Shown in pieces: positions 41,686 through 53,514 of a stretch of DNA of 64,000 nt. Position 1 is the first letter of the stretch. Each line of letters begins with the position of its first letter. A program made the position numbers and the translations under genes. The DNA lies in NCBI GenBank assembly GCA_000092065.1, contig CP000589.1; one strand, given 5' to 3'. Under the pieces are notes generated by a model. It was not told the DNA's origin and made no database searches. It saw only the letters and a list, made by a program, of their open reading frames with translations. This DNA comes from Ostreococcus lucimarinus (lineage: Eukaryota).

Positions 41686-43870
41686 GATGACGACGGCGAG
41701 CGATGCGCCGGGAACGCCGATGCGCGCCGTCGCGGCGTCGACGCCCGTCGACGCCGACGCGACGTCGCCGGGCGTCGTGCGAGAGACGCCGACGAAGACG
41801 ACGCGGGCGCGCGTCGCGTCGGCGCACGACGCGGAGGCGCGAGACGCGCTGGTGTTCGCGACGGAGACGGAGTGCGAGCGGTACGCGGAAGCGACGAACG
41901 GGACGGCGCGCGCGGCGAGCGTGACGTGCGATCCGTTCGTGTCGGGGAAGCTGCGCGAGCATCAACGCGCGGGGGCGAGGTGGATGTATCGAGCGCTGCA
42001 CGGGATCGGAGAAGACGCGGCGAGCGAGGGCGGGACGCGAGGGGTGCTGTTGGCGGATGAGATGGGATTGGGGAAGTCGTTGCAAGTGCTGGCGGTGCTG
42101 TGGACGATGCTGAGGCAAGGACCGTGCGGGAAGCCGACGGCGCGAAGAGCGGTTTTCGTGTGCCCGGCGTCGCTCATCGGAAACTGGGGCGCCGAGTTCA
42201 CGAAGTGGTTGGGAGGCGTGCGCGTGCAGGCGTCGTTGGCGGAAGGGAACGCCGAAGCCGTGGATGCGGCGTGCGATCGATGGTGCGCAGAACCGGCGAA
42301 GGGATCGAAGAGTTCGTTCGATCGGTGGCCGGTGCTCGTGATGTCGTACGAGACGGCGAGGCGCCTGGCGCCGCGCGTGCGGGCGATGAAGCCCGAGCTC
42401 ATGGTGTGCGACGAGGCGCACAGATTGCGCAACGCCATGGGCTCGCAAACCATGACCGCTCTGCGAGAAATCAACGCGCCCATGCGAGTGCTGCTCACGG
42501 GGACGCCGATTCAGAATAATTTGAACGAGTACGCGGCGGTTTTAGACTTTGCGCAACCGGGTATCCTCGGGCCGCTGGAGGATTTTCAGCGCGATTTCAC
42601 GCAACCTATTCAGAGGCAATACGAGCGAGGCGCGAGCAAGGAACAAATCGCACAAGGTCGCAAGGTTGCGGACGAACTCAATCGACGAACGAAAGGGAAG
42701 ATTTTGAGTCGGAAATCTTCGACGAATGCGGCGTACTTGCCAAAAAAGACTGAGCTCGTGGTGCTCTGTCGCTTGACGTCCGCGCAGAGGCAAGCTTATG
42801 AGGCTGGGGCAAAATTAGTGGAGTCGTGGACGAGTAGCGATACGAGTGCGTCCTCTGGCGCGGCGGCGCTTTGTGCGATTGGAATCTTGCGACAGACAGC
42901 GAATGAGGTTGATCAAATCCTCGCGAGTGCCGATTCGCATTCGCAGACTATGACGGATGCGGAAAAGGAGCTCGATGATGAGATGGAGATGGACGCCATC
43001 GCGCGCGCAGGGACGTCCGGAAAGTCAGTGGATGATTTAAAAGCTGCTATGGCCAAAGCTTTGCCTCGAGATTACGCGGGAGGAATCGATGGCTCGGGGA
43101 AATTTACCATTTTGCGGCGCATGCTCGAGGCGCTCAAAGAGCGCGGTGACCCAACAGAGCGCGTCGTTGTCGTCTCCGGTTACTCTGCATCACTCGCGAC
43201 TGCGGAAGATATCTGCAAAAAATTAAACGTAACCACTTCGCGTCTCGATGGCACAGTGGCAGTCGATTTGCGTACATCCATCGTCAAGAATTTCAACTCT
43301 GGTCAAGGCGGTCAAGTCATGCTGCTCTCCGTCGTCGCTGGCGGCGCCGGGTTGAATCTTGTCGGTGCCAATCGGTTGATTCTCATGGACGTATCTTGGA
43401 ATCCTGCGCACGATCGACAAGCGATGGGCCGAATTTGGCGCGATGGTCAGACGAAACCGGTCACAATTTATCGCCTTGTCTCTGCTGGCACTGTAGAGCA
43501 AAAAGTTTTCGAGCGACAGCTCGGCAAAGAAGTGCTAAAGAATACGGTCGAGAGCGGGTACACGGGTTATGAAGGCGATGGATTCACCACGAAAGACTCG
43601 CTCGTGGGTATCGTAAAATTCACAGGTGATGAATTGAGCGAAATCGTCGATTGGGGCCGCCCTTTGGACGTCCACGATGCGTGTCCATTGCTCGGCGCGG
43701 CACGTTCACACGGTGCGGCGTTTCAAGTCATCGACGTCGACGATGGTACCGCCGCCGACGAAGCGCGAGCGAACATTCCGAAAAAGGAACCAATCGAAGT
43801 TCGCGCTAAAAAGTTGGCCCCAAAGCGCACTGCTTTCGAAGATTTATTTTCCGCAAAACGCGCGAGGTAG
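41686..43870 (+). CDS. SNF2-family DNA-dependent ATPase, Rad54-like
   Basis: LREHQRAGARWMY (Rad54 motif I context), GLGKSLQ, DEAH box VCDEAHRLRN, LLTGTPIQNNLNEY, helicase-C region (LDGTVAVDLRTSIVKNFNS, LLSVVAGGAGLNLVGANRLILMDVSWNPAHDRQAMGRIWRDGQTKPVTIYRL). The ORF begins at 40334, but its first 450 codons are antisense to the preceding gene, so the ATG at 41686 was taken as the start. Confidence 0.8.
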
Positions 43871-43972
43871 TTGGAATAGATAAACTTAGACTTTTCACCC
43901 GTACTCACGTTCACCGCACTTGCTGACGCGTCGCGTCGCGCGGCGACGCGACGCGACGTGACGTCACGCGCA

Positions 43973-44785
43973 ATGTCCGAAGCCACCGACGCGACTCGTT
44001 CTTCGAGCGGTCTCGCCGCCACGTGCTCGAGAGAACGATCGAGAGCTGCACGAACGGTGCTGAATGAATTCTTTTATCCCGTCGCCGACGGCGCGCGATA
44101 CGCGCTTGATTTGGGCTGCCCGTTTAGCCACGCGCGTGATTTGTTCTACGAGCACGAGACCCACAAGGAACCGGTGCGACATTCCAAGCTTTACTGGCGC
44201 TCGCTGTACAGTGGGAAGGTGTTTAAGAGCGAGTATTACGTCGATAAACACATGGAGCGACGACACGGCGATAAGATTCCATCGACCGCGGACGTGTGTC
44301 TGGCTGATTATTGTGACGTGCTGCAGTGCGATAAGCACGCGGAGTACGTGAAGAATGGGCGTGGGAGCAAACCGACGCGGTGCGATGAAGAACAAATGTC
44401 CCTCGTGCGAGACAAATGTCATGAAATGTTGACGCAATGCTTTCCAAACGAGAACGGGAGTACGCGGGATAACGCGGGAAAGTTGAATGTATATTTCACC
44501 AAGTACTACTGCGATCAAATGACGTGCGCAGACGTCGATGGGGTTTTCGAACTGATGAGCGCTCATCACGATTCGCCGGGAGTCGGCTATTACATCGCTC
44601 TGGCTTTTCTCTTCTTCATCGTCGCCATGTATTACTTAACGGTGTACTCCTGGACCAATGGTCGACGCGTGAGCTCGGATATCAAACGCGCGCGCGTTCG
44701 AGCACGAGCTTCGTGGTCGGATTATCTCCCGCGACCCGTTGCACGGCGCTTCAACCTTGAGCGCCGAAAACGCAAGACGTATTAG
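43973..44785 (+). CDS. Hypothetical Cys-rich protein with single C-terminal transmembrane anchor
   Basis: About 270 aa with conserved-looking Cys/His pattern (YVDKHMERRHGDKIP, CLADYCDVLQCDKHAEY, CDEEQMSLVRDKCHEMLTQCF, YYCDQMTCADVDG) and a C-terminal TM helix (VGYYIALAFLFFIVAMYYLTVY) followed by a basic tail. Confidence 0.4.
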   Translation: MSEATDATRSSSGLAATCSRERSRAARTVLNEFFYPVADGARYALDLGCPFSHARDLFYEHETHKEPVRHSKLYWRSLYSGKVFKSEYYVDKHMERRHGDKIPSTADVCLADYCDVLQCDKHAEYVKNGRGSKPTRCDEEQMSLVRDKCHEMLTQCFPNENGSTRDNAGKLNVYFTKYYCDQMTCADVDGVFELMSAHHDSPGVGYYIALAFLFFIVAMYYLTVYSWTNGRRVSSDIKRARVRARASWSDYLPRPVARRFNLERRKRKTY

Positions 44786-44880
44786 TTAATAGTAAATCGT
44801 CGTGAAGGACGAGGAGTAGTGGCGCACACAGTCAACGGACGCATGTGTACCAATCGCAGCTTTTGAACGTGTGAACGCGT

Positions 44881-45564
44881 GTGTCATCACATTCTCATCA
44901 ACCCGTCCACGTCTCTCCAGGCTCCTGGTTCACGGCGTGTGCGATAGACGACGCGCTGCGCGAGCTCGAGGACGAGTCGCTGGGGGGAGGCTCGAGGACG
45001 AGTCGCTGGGGGGAGTCGCTGGGGCGAGTCGCTGGGGGGAGGCTGGGGGGTCGCTGGGCGTGCGTGACGGCGTGCGCGGCGTTTCTGGGAGACTTGGAAC
45101 TCGTGCGGTTGGCGCGCGATTGCGGGCACGAGTGGGACGCGTACACGTGCGCGTTTGCCGCCTATAGTGGAAACTTGGAGTGTTTGAAGTATGCGCACGA
45201 GCACGGGTGTCCTTGGAACAAGTCGACGTGCGCATGTACCGCCTATACTGGACATTTGGGGTGTTTGAAGTACGGGAGGATGGTCCACGGCGTCGACGTC
45301 GAGTCCCACGCCTCGACGTCGGGTCCCACTCGCTCCGCGAGCGCTCGAACGCACGCCCTCCGATCGCGCACTGGACTGCCCTTTTCGCAGTGCAGCGCCA
45401 CGCACGCGCATCCTCTGTCGTCAACGTACGCCTCGAGGTGTACGCCATCCATCGATTCGTCTCCCCACGCGGGTTTGCTCACGTGGATATACGCCCCCGG
45501 TGGGGTCAAGAAACGAGTCTCCCACCCTCGCGCGCGGTCCGCGAACGCGTCGCCGAGACGTTGA
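44881..45564 (+). CDS. Hypothetical protein with degenerate ankyrin-like repeats
   Basis: Repeats of the type CAFAAYSGNLECLKYAHEHGCPWNKSTCACTAYTGHLGCLKY (the AA..GHLE.LK.A.E.GCPW ankyrin variant). The N-terminus overlaps a GC-rich minisatellite and no in-frame ATG is evident, so the gene model is unreliable. Confidence 0.25.
   Translation: MSSHSHQPVHVSPGSWFTACAIDDALRELEDESLGGGSRTSRWGESLGRVAGGRLGGRWACVTACAAFLGDLELVRLARDCGHEWDAYTCAFAAYSGNLECLKYAHEHGCPWNKSTCACTAYTGHLGCLKYGRMVHGVDVESHASTSGPTRSASARTHALRSRTGLPFSQCSATHAHPLSSTYASRCTPSIDSSPHAGLLTWIYAPGGVKKRVSHPRARSANASPRR
44955..45060. repeat. GC-rich minisatellite (GACGAGTCGCTGGGGGGAGGCTCGAG / GTCGCTGGGG units)
   Basis: Direct tandem copies read in sequence at the 5' end of the ankyrin-like ORF. 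Confidence 0.7.
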
Positions 45565-46297
45565 AACTCACGATCGAGCGCGGCGCGGTCGGACATGCCA
45601 GCGGCGCGCGGGGCAGGCGTCGAGTGAGGTGATTAAATGTCAAACAAATCGTAATAAAATAAAGAAGCGCCGCCGCCTCACGGCGCGCGCGGGGGAAGCG
45701 ACCCGAATGGACGCGCGGGCACGGCGCGCAGCGGTCGGTGGTGCTCGAAGCGCGCGGGCGCGCGCGGGGCGCACGCGAAGCGCACACATCGTCCCAGGGC
45801 GACGCACACGGCACACATGACGTCGGCGGGGGGCTCACGACGCGACGCGGTGTGACCCGACGACACGGGGGGGGCACACGCAGGTTGAGAATCGTGACGA
45901 CATGATGACGACATTGTGCCGGTTCATGTCGTCGTTTGGTTGTACCGAGTGAAGGGATTGGTCCGTCCAGAACGCGACGCGGCGCGCGACGGGGATCGCG
46001 TCGACGGACGACGATGGCTCTCGTCGGGACGCGATGCCCCGAATTCCACGTGATCCAGCTCGCGGCGGACGGCACGCGGATGGAACGGGTCAGTCTCACC
46101 GAAGCCGTCCGAGGGGGGCCCGCTGTGATTCACTTTTACAACTCTGGGTGAGGAGGATGCCGCAGGACGACTCTCACGTCGACGTAGTCCCCTAAACGTT
46201 TCAACACGTTGTAATTCATTCGAGGTTTTGGTATTCTTCTATGGCGATAAGTAATACAATCAAATCAATGCGTAACTGCTAACTGCCGCGGCGGCGT

Positions 46298-46816
46298 CTA
46301 TTCCGTCCAGCGGACGTGTTGACGGTGTGGTCTCGAGCCATCCTGAATCAGTTCAATCTTCCGAATGAAGACTTGCTCTGTGTAGCAGCACGAGCACGAG
46401 TGCGTGAGCAAGTGCGTGCATCCGTGTCTCGCGACGAGATCCGCGATGTCCGCGAGCGTGGAGCGCTCGATGCTACTGCACGCCCAGTTCACACGCGCGG
46501 GACACGTGGACTCTGGGTCGTCCAACGTGTCGACGACTTGGAGAATCTTATTTTGGAATTGTCGCACGGCGTAATCGGTTCTATTCCACGTCACTCGGTG
46601 TTCGTCAAAGTAAATTTTAACGACTTTCGCGTCGGACACGTCGAGCGGATCCGATTTCCCACTCAACGCTTCGACGACATCCTTGTAATCCTTGTCCTTG
46701 AAGCGATGCTTCTCGTGCAGATCATCGACGAGGGCGAGCACGCGGTGCCGATCAACGTTCGGGCACACCATGTCCGCGGCTTCGCGGCGGCACGCAATGG
46801 CGCGCGCGTCGCGCAC
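46298..46816 (-). CDS. Hypothetical protein (172 aa) with C-terminal Cys/His cluster
   Basis: Non-repetitive ORF with good codon usage (HGCTHLLTHSCSCCYTEQVF). No family recognised. Confidence 0.35.
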   Translation of the reverse strand: MRDARAIACRREAADMVCPNVDRHRVLALVDDLHEKHRFKDKDYKDVVEALSGKSDPLDVSDAKVVKIYFDEHRVTWNRTDYAVRQFQNKILQVVDTLDDPESTCPARVNWACSSIERSTLADIADLVARHGCTHLLTHSCSCCYTEQVFIRKIELIQDGSRPHRQHVRWTE

Positions 46817-46871
46817 GGTGACCGCGTGGGTCCCGTCGCGTCGACCGGTCGCGTCTTGTATGGGAAAATGG

Positions 46872-46934
46872 CGGGTCCGCTTTAGTGGTATTTGGATCCG
46901 TTATAGTGCTATCTTGGGTCCGCCCTCAGTGGTC
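46872..46934. promoter_or_regulatory. Three tandem imperfect copies of a ~20 nt element (GGGTCCGC-N-TAGTGGTA type) in the leader/bidirectional promoter between the 46298..46816(-) gene and the RRM gene
   Basis: gggtccgctttagtggta / ttggatccgttatagtgcta / ttgggtccgccctcagtggtc read directly. It lies between divergent genes. Confidence 0.4.
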
Positions 46935-46995
46935 GTCCGGAAAAAAAGGAGACTATGTCGACACATCTGGACGCGACGGCACGACGACGAAGACG

Positions 46996-47808
46996 ATGAC
47001 GCGAGCGGCGACGGAAGCGACGACGGAAGCGACGACGACGCCGGACGACTGCGAGGCGAAGAAAGTCGTCGCGGATGCTGCGGAGGTGGATACGAAAATG
47101 GACGCCGAGGCGAACGCGTACGACGACGATGCGCGCGGTGCGGGTGGGAAGATGAGAAAGGACGGTGCCGCGCGCGCCCGAACGGGCGCTCGGATGACGC
47201 CGTACGCGCGACAGCGGCCGGTGATGACGTCTCGGGTGGGAAATCCCGCGGTAAACGCGGACACAAAAGTGTACGTCGGCAATCTTCCGTACGGGTGCTC
47301 GTGGCAGGACTTGAAGGATCACTTCTCGAACGCCATGGGCGGCGAGAGCGTGCGATTCGCCGATATTCTGACTTCGCGCGATGGACGATCGAAAGGATGC
47401 GGCATCGTGACGTTCAATTCGAGCGAAGACGCGAAGAAAGCTATAGAAACGATGCATGACACGGAGATTGGTGAACGAAAAATCTTCGTTCGGGAGGATC
47501 GTGAAGGAGAAAGAGGAAACGACCTTCGAAATCGGATCGGCCCCTCGGCGACGTCCCCGGACGCGTCAGTCTACGTCGGGAACCTTCCTTGGAGCACTCG
47601 ATGGCAGGAGTTGAAAGATATTTTCCGCAAAGTCGGCAATGTCGCGCACGCTGACGTGACGATGGGCTTTGACGGACGATCCAGAGGTTGGGGCGTGGTG
47701 ACGTTTATGGACCCCCAGTGCGCCCAAGTCGCCATCGAAAGGTTGAACGGTACAATGTTGAACGATCGTGCTCTCATCGTCCGCAGGGATGAACGAGCTC
47801 GAAGCTAA
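46996..47808 (+). CDS. RNA-binding protein with two RRM domains
   Basis: RNP-2/RNP-1 motifs twice: KVYVGNLPY ... KGCGIVTF, and SVYVGNLPW ... RGWGVVTF. The upstream part of the ORF (from 46885) is probably 5' leader. Confidence 0.75.
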   Translation: MTRAATEATTEATTTPDDCEAKKVVADAAEVDTKMDAEANAYDDDARGAGGKMRKDGAARARTGARMTPYARQRPVMTSRVGNPAVNADTKVYVGNLPYGCSWQDLKDHFSNAMGGESVRFADILTSRDGRSKGCGIVTFNSSEDAKKAIETMHDTEIGERKIFVREDREGERGNDLRNRIGPSATSPDASVYVGNLPWSTRWQELKDIFRKVGNVAHADVTMGFDGRSRGWGVVTFMDPQCAQVAIERLNGTMLNDRALIVRRDERARS

Positions 47809-47957
47809 AAATGTAAGCATCAATAGTAAAGCCTGTAAGGCTAGTAAGTCTTTAAGAGAAGTGTACCGCACTACCACTCTTACCGCACTCTCTCTCTTGG
47901 CCAGGCTTCACATCACGTCGCGCAATTGTCCCGCGTCGCGCGCGCGTGCGCGCGCGC

Positions 47958-50900
47958 GATGGAGTCACGAAGCGACAACGACGACATCGATGCCTTTGTC
48001 GATCGTTTCGAGCGCTCGTTGTGTCTAATAAACGACGACATCGACGGCGCGTACGAAGAAGCAACGACGTCAAAGTTGCTTTCGGAGACGCAACGAACGA
48101 TTGAGTCTTGCGGATGGACTCCGCGTTCTATGCGCCTCGACGATGGCGACGGGTGGCGAACCATGACGACCGATGCGTTTGATCGCGCACTCGCGGCTCT
48201 TTTACGCGCGCGCGCGCGGACGAAGAGCGAGTCGACGTTGAGATTGTGGTGGTTATCTGTGCTTGAAATTACGAGCGCGAGAGGAGTGAAGAGTGCGAAT
48301 GATAGTTCTAAGAAAAGTGACGCGTTGGAAGAATTGTGTAGAACGCTCGTGGATGATGTCGCGAGATTAGCGGCTTCGAAACAAGCGCCGGATCGAGAGC
48401 GATGGGGAGAAATTATGGAAGAGCTCGCGCTGACGACCCCTGACGTGGCGACGCGAGAAGAGACGCTTGCGTTGGCGATGCGCGCGTTATACGCGATTGC
48501 GCCTGATGTGGTGCTAAACTGTGCGAGAGAAGCGCTGAAATCTAGACAATCTCAGGCTACTCGCGAAGCGGTGTATTGGTTGCTTTTTGCTTTGAGCGCG
48601 GTGGATCCCGTCGCGGATGACGCATGCACGCAGTTGCTGCGATTAGTGGTGGAGTTTTCTCCAATGAAATGGGCACCTTCGTACAGAAAGAGTGATTTCA
48701 GGCACTCTCTGTCGACAACATTAACGGTGGTGACCACTCGATATCTCTCGCGTGGTAGACCGTCGCCAGGAAGTGTGGACGTGGCCGTTGTGAACAAGGT
48801 ACTCGCTGAAGTCGTGAAGTGGTCGAACGAAAATGAGAAAAAGCACAACACAGCGGGATTACCTCTTCGTGCAATTCTTATAGGATTGGGATTGACACAA
48901 GAAGTAATCTCAGCTGATGCGATACCGATATGGCGACTCCTCCTCGAGAGTAGGGTCAAGGCTGGCATTGAGCAAAAAATGAAGATTTCGAGTTTGCTCG
49001 CGGCGATTCGAGGCGTCGTCATGGGCATCTCAGACCAGCATATCACTGTCATGGAATGCGCAAAGCAGAGTTTGAGTGCGTGTATTTCAGCGATCAAATA
49101 TGGCAGCGGCTCGGAGGATATCGAGCGTCCGCTTGCTCTAGCTAATTGTGTCATGGCAATTCACGGCGTCAATCCGGTGGAGGGCTCAAACGTTCTCAAA
49201 ATGTTCCTTGACGAAACGGACGAGTCTATACGTGCTGCTTCCTGTATCTCGTGCGCCAAAATGACTCAAGAAATGAGCGCCGACGAAGTACGCTCAAGTT
49301 CTTTTCTTTGCGAGTACGTTGACGGAGTGTTGCCAAAATACCTGACCGGCTTGTCGGCTTCGGCTTCAGCTGCGACGATAGCGGGGGCACTGCAGTGCTC
49401 GAAGTTCACCAGCCCAAAATATATTGCGCCGTCATCGGTGGAATTCGCGTGCTCTTGGGTTAAAAGTGACTCTGTCGCGGTTCGTAATGCCGTAGAAGAA
49501 TATTTGCTGCACGTCATAAGGTCCAATGTCAGCCTGCGCAACGCAACGCTTCAGGCGGTTGCGTCGGCTGTGTTGAACATGAGAGACTTTGCGCCCGCTG
49601 CTCGGTTATCGGCGATCAACGTTCTCGTGGGTGTTTGCAAAATTTGGCAAGATTGTTTACAAAACGGCGCAAATAGTAAATGTGAGTGTAGCGACGAGCG
49701 CGCAGAGGCGGCAGCTCTTCTACTGGTTTGCGATGCAGACTTTTCAGTGCGCACTGGCGCTGTTCAAGCACTGCGAGAAATTTCCAACCTGCGCGAACGC
49801 GTAGACTCGATGAATGGAGACAATGCCACGTCGCGTGCGGCCCTCTATCCAGTACTACAAAAGTATTTAAACATCACTGATATTCCGACTCTCATCAGGG
49901 AAATCAGCCGAACGACAGCGCTTGAGTGTGCCGCCGTCCATACGACAACGCACGCGCAAGCGTATCAACGAATTCAAGCGATGATGGTCGCCGAGGGAGA
50001 CGGCAAACTCTTGGTCGTCCCAGTCAAGCCGTCCGAGTATAGGTACAACTTATGGCAAAACTATATGCTGTTCGTTTGTTCCACCGATGGCGCGGCTGGC
50101 GGCGGCGGCGGGCTTGATGCACGACAAGTCGTCACGATCGGCCAACGGGGTTCTCTTGCGGGATTGTTGCAAACTGTGATTCCGCGATTGGGTCAATCCA
50201 ATGTTGAAGTCGACGCTATCATGCGACTTTTCCAGCTCGTGCCTGCACAATCAAAAGCGACAATTTTGAGTGCACTGCTTCCGTTACAAAGCGGATTGAT
50301 GAGATACACGCTCATGAGGCGAAAGCGTCGAGAAGACTTGAACATGGTCATCCGCTTCGGGGAACTGTACCAAGACTACGCGTTGCATGGTGTCTTCGCG
50401 TCCACCGCTGATGCGACAAAGAATTTAAATGCAGCTATCGATTTCGTGTTGATGGTTTGTTCCTACTTGAAAACGAATGCAAAAGCAGAGTGTTCGCCTA
50501 CTGAGATAATTCAGCTCAGGTTTTCGGCAGCCGCAATTATCGGTGCAGTGCTCACAGATGCGGAGAAGGTGCGGGCACTACCCGTGGTGACGCATGCTGA
50601 ATTATGGGACAACTTTTACGCGTGGCAAGAGTCGCCAAATCCGAAGGCATTGGATGAGAGTGGCGATTCAACTTCACGTATGCATGTGCAAACGCTCATC
50701 GATGACCTCGCACGCGATCACACGCGAAAACCCACCGAGAGAGACGTTGGTTTTGCATCAAGGGAAGCGCTGGCGGCGCTGAGTCTCAGCGAGCACTTTA
50801 CGCGAGAATCGGCGAAGAAGATTTTCGATTGGGTGAACCGTCTCGCTGAGCTTGGTGACAGTAAGAGTCTAGAACTCTCCAAAAGAGTAGTCGTTGAAAT

Positions 50901-53163
50901 GCTGCGTTCGACTACGTCGGTATTCGAAGCATCTTTGGACTTTTGCTACTCCGCGTCGGCGACGGTGTCTCGCATGTACGTTGTTATTCTCGCCGAAATG
51001 AGCGATGCAGTTGTGGACAATCTTTCCTGTCCTCAACTAATTTCGTTGGTGCTTTACATGACGATGCACGAAGACGACGCAATTCGATCCGCAGCAGGAG
51101 TTTTGTTGCGCGCCGTGAATCGAGAGTGCGGATTGATCGATGGCCATCTCCCCTTGCAAATAGATAACAAAGCGCAGCTTATTGAAGAATGCGAGCGTCT
51201 CGTCAAGACGGATACACAGCAAATTGAAGACGTTCTTCTCGAGGTTTGGAAACGACAACTTAACAAAGCCAAGCAAATGAAGAGTGACTCCAATCCAAGT
51301 CACCTTTCTGCATGCTTAGTTCCGTGGATATCGGCTCTACACCTACCGCATTTAGTCGCCGCTGGCAAAGCCGATGAAGTCTTGCTTGGTTTGTACAACG
51401 TGATGACGCACTCAGATGAGAGCACTTGGGCAGAGTTGGGAGAGCTTTGGTCGGCGATCGGTGTTCAAGCGAGAAACATAGCACCCACACTACGATTTCT
51501 TCAAGAGAGAACGATCACATCGACTGATCGAGACGCGATATCTTTCCGCGCGGCGAAAGCTGCGTGTGGTTGGATCGCGCGGACGTCACCACAACAAGTC
51601 ATCGATCAGTTGGTTTACACAATTTCTTTCCGCGCATTGGAGTCGGACGATAGCGATGCCACGAAGCCACTTCCACAAGATTCTGCGACGTCGAAAATCT
51701 CTTCGGCTGATGTCGGAATCATACTTCTATCTGAGCTCGCGTTGGACCACCGCGAGGACTTCAGGTTTCATTTACCCGTGCTCGCGCACGCCGTCGTGGT
51801 GACTCTCATAGTCACACATGAGCAAACAGTGCGAGAGCATTGCGGTGAGTTGCTCTGTAACCTGGCGATGGGTCAAACGAGTGAGATACGTGCGCTTAAG
51901 AAAAAGAGCCCGGCCTATCGTTTGGGGAAACTGTTTGTGGACGACAGCTCGCAAGCATGGACATCGGGTAAAATCAGAACTCTCATCAACACGTTGCCGC
52001 ATGCGATTGATTTGGATGAAAATTTGCCTCAACGTTGGGCAAACGAAGCTCGAAGATGGATCTTGCGATCACCGTCGTTTTCGTTGGCGTGCGCTTCGGC
52101 CGAAACGCTGATGTCGCTCAACGTTCCTCTTGACGACGAAGCGTTTGAGGCGCTTTTAGCGGCAACGTGCATGTGTGCCTCGATGTCTGGTGAAGTCGAA
52201 GATCAGAGGAATAATGAAATGTCGAAAAAACTCACGCAACACTTGTTGAAAACGCTCGGTGCGTCTTTGTGTGACATGAGTGCGCATGCGACGTTGATGT
52301 ACACGCAAGTTTTCTGGTGCGGGGCAATGTGCTTGAGGACGATGGACGTCTCGCTGTACTCTTCCGCTCTTGATTTATCGTATTTGTTCCTTTACAAGAC
52401 TTTAGATCACTCTACGATGGCGTTTGACGTCATCACTTCGTGTGCGCCTCTACCTCGAGGTTCTTTTTATCCCGACATCCCCATGGTGGAAACGTACGAG
52501 GAATTGCTCTCCATTGTTCCTGCAAAAATGCCCAGCCCGGAGATCTCCTGGGCCGATTTCGTCTTGCTCGTGATCAAAGGGTTGTTCCAAAGGGAAACGT
52601 TCGTGCGTGCCATACGTGTACTGGCTATGCTTGTGCCTTACTTACCTGATCACGACCGATGGAATGGCCTTCAATTGAACGTTTTGATCTCGTATGCCTT
52701 GATTCCGCTCGCCCTCGTTGCGGTTGAAGTTGAATCGTCCGCGGTGATCGGGGATTCAGAGGCGCGAGCGATCGCCCATCGGTTAGCGCAAGGGTTACAT
52801 GGTGATGAACCAGACCTTGCAAAGGCGCTGGCGAAGTTTGCGTCTATTAAACACGATCCTCGAGGAGAGTTTTTGGCGAGCGAGTTTGCGGCGACGATGG
52901 CTCGCCGGCAGTCCAACGCGGCGCACTTGCCGGCACACTGCTTACGCGAATTTTCGCTGTGTTCGGACTCAGCGACGGCAAAGAAGATCCTTCAAATCTT
53001 ATCCAAGGCTCCCAAAGCTTCAAAGTCATTCAATAGAGACTTTTCTGGCTCATGGTCGGCAGATTCGGCTTCAACCATCGCCGCCGCGTCGTACGGCGTG
53101 CTCCTGAGCGCTCGATTGGAGACCGACAACAAGGGTGCCGTTCCATCGTGTCTAGAGTACTAG
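47958..53163 (+). CDS. Very large (about 1735 aa) alpha-solenoid protein of unknown function
   Basis: Continuous 5.2 kb ORF, helical-repeat character, moderate GC. Start taken at the ATG at 47958 (MESRSDNDDIDAF...). Confidence 0.5.
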
Positions 53164-53256
53164 CGCATCAACGACGACGACGTCGATGATATATTTTAGT
53201 CATTAGCAGTCAACATCTACCGTTGTTACAATAGCACGAGCTAGAATAGTCTAAAA

Positions 53257-53514
53257 TCAATCGTCTAAATTCGCGGGTGAATTTCCCAGATACGGCGGCG
53301 GCCACATCGGCGGATCGTACCCTTTATCGCCAAACGGATTACATCGCATGATTCGCCACGCCGTCAGCACGAATCCCTTACTCGTACCATATTTCCTATA
53401 CGCCTGACGCGCGTACTCCGAGCACGTCGGCACGAAACGACAACTCTTCGGCAATATCGGCGACACCTCGCGCTTGTAAAAGTCTAACAACCCCATCGCG
53501 ATTTTCATCGACAT
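53257..53514 (-). CDS. yidD: YidD homolog (membrane protein insertion efficiency factor, UPF0161/haemolytic domain)
   Basis: C-terminal 85 aa of ORF 53257..54030: MSMKIAMGLLDFYKREVSPILPKSCRFVPTCSEYARQAYRKYGTSKGFVLTAWRIMRCNPFGDKGYDPP. The CRF.PTCS.Y, G...G, RI.RC.P motif series matches E. coli YidD. A longer acidic N-terminal extension (start at 53592) is possible. Confidence 0.7.
   Translation of the reverse strand: MSMKIAMGLLDFYKREVSPILPKSCRFVPTCSEYARQAYRKYGTSKGFVLTAWRIMRCNPFGDKGYDPPMWPPPYLGNSPANLDD

Noticed and set aside
40334-42448. The N-terminal about 450 codons of ORF 40334..43870 and the antisense ORFs 41348..42448(-) and 41014..42060(+)
   Set aside because: The first is antisense to the 1630-aa alpha-solenoid gene, whose own start is at 41544. 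The Rad54-like protein begins at the ATG at 41686. The others are Arg-rich artefacts over the Rad54-like 5' region.
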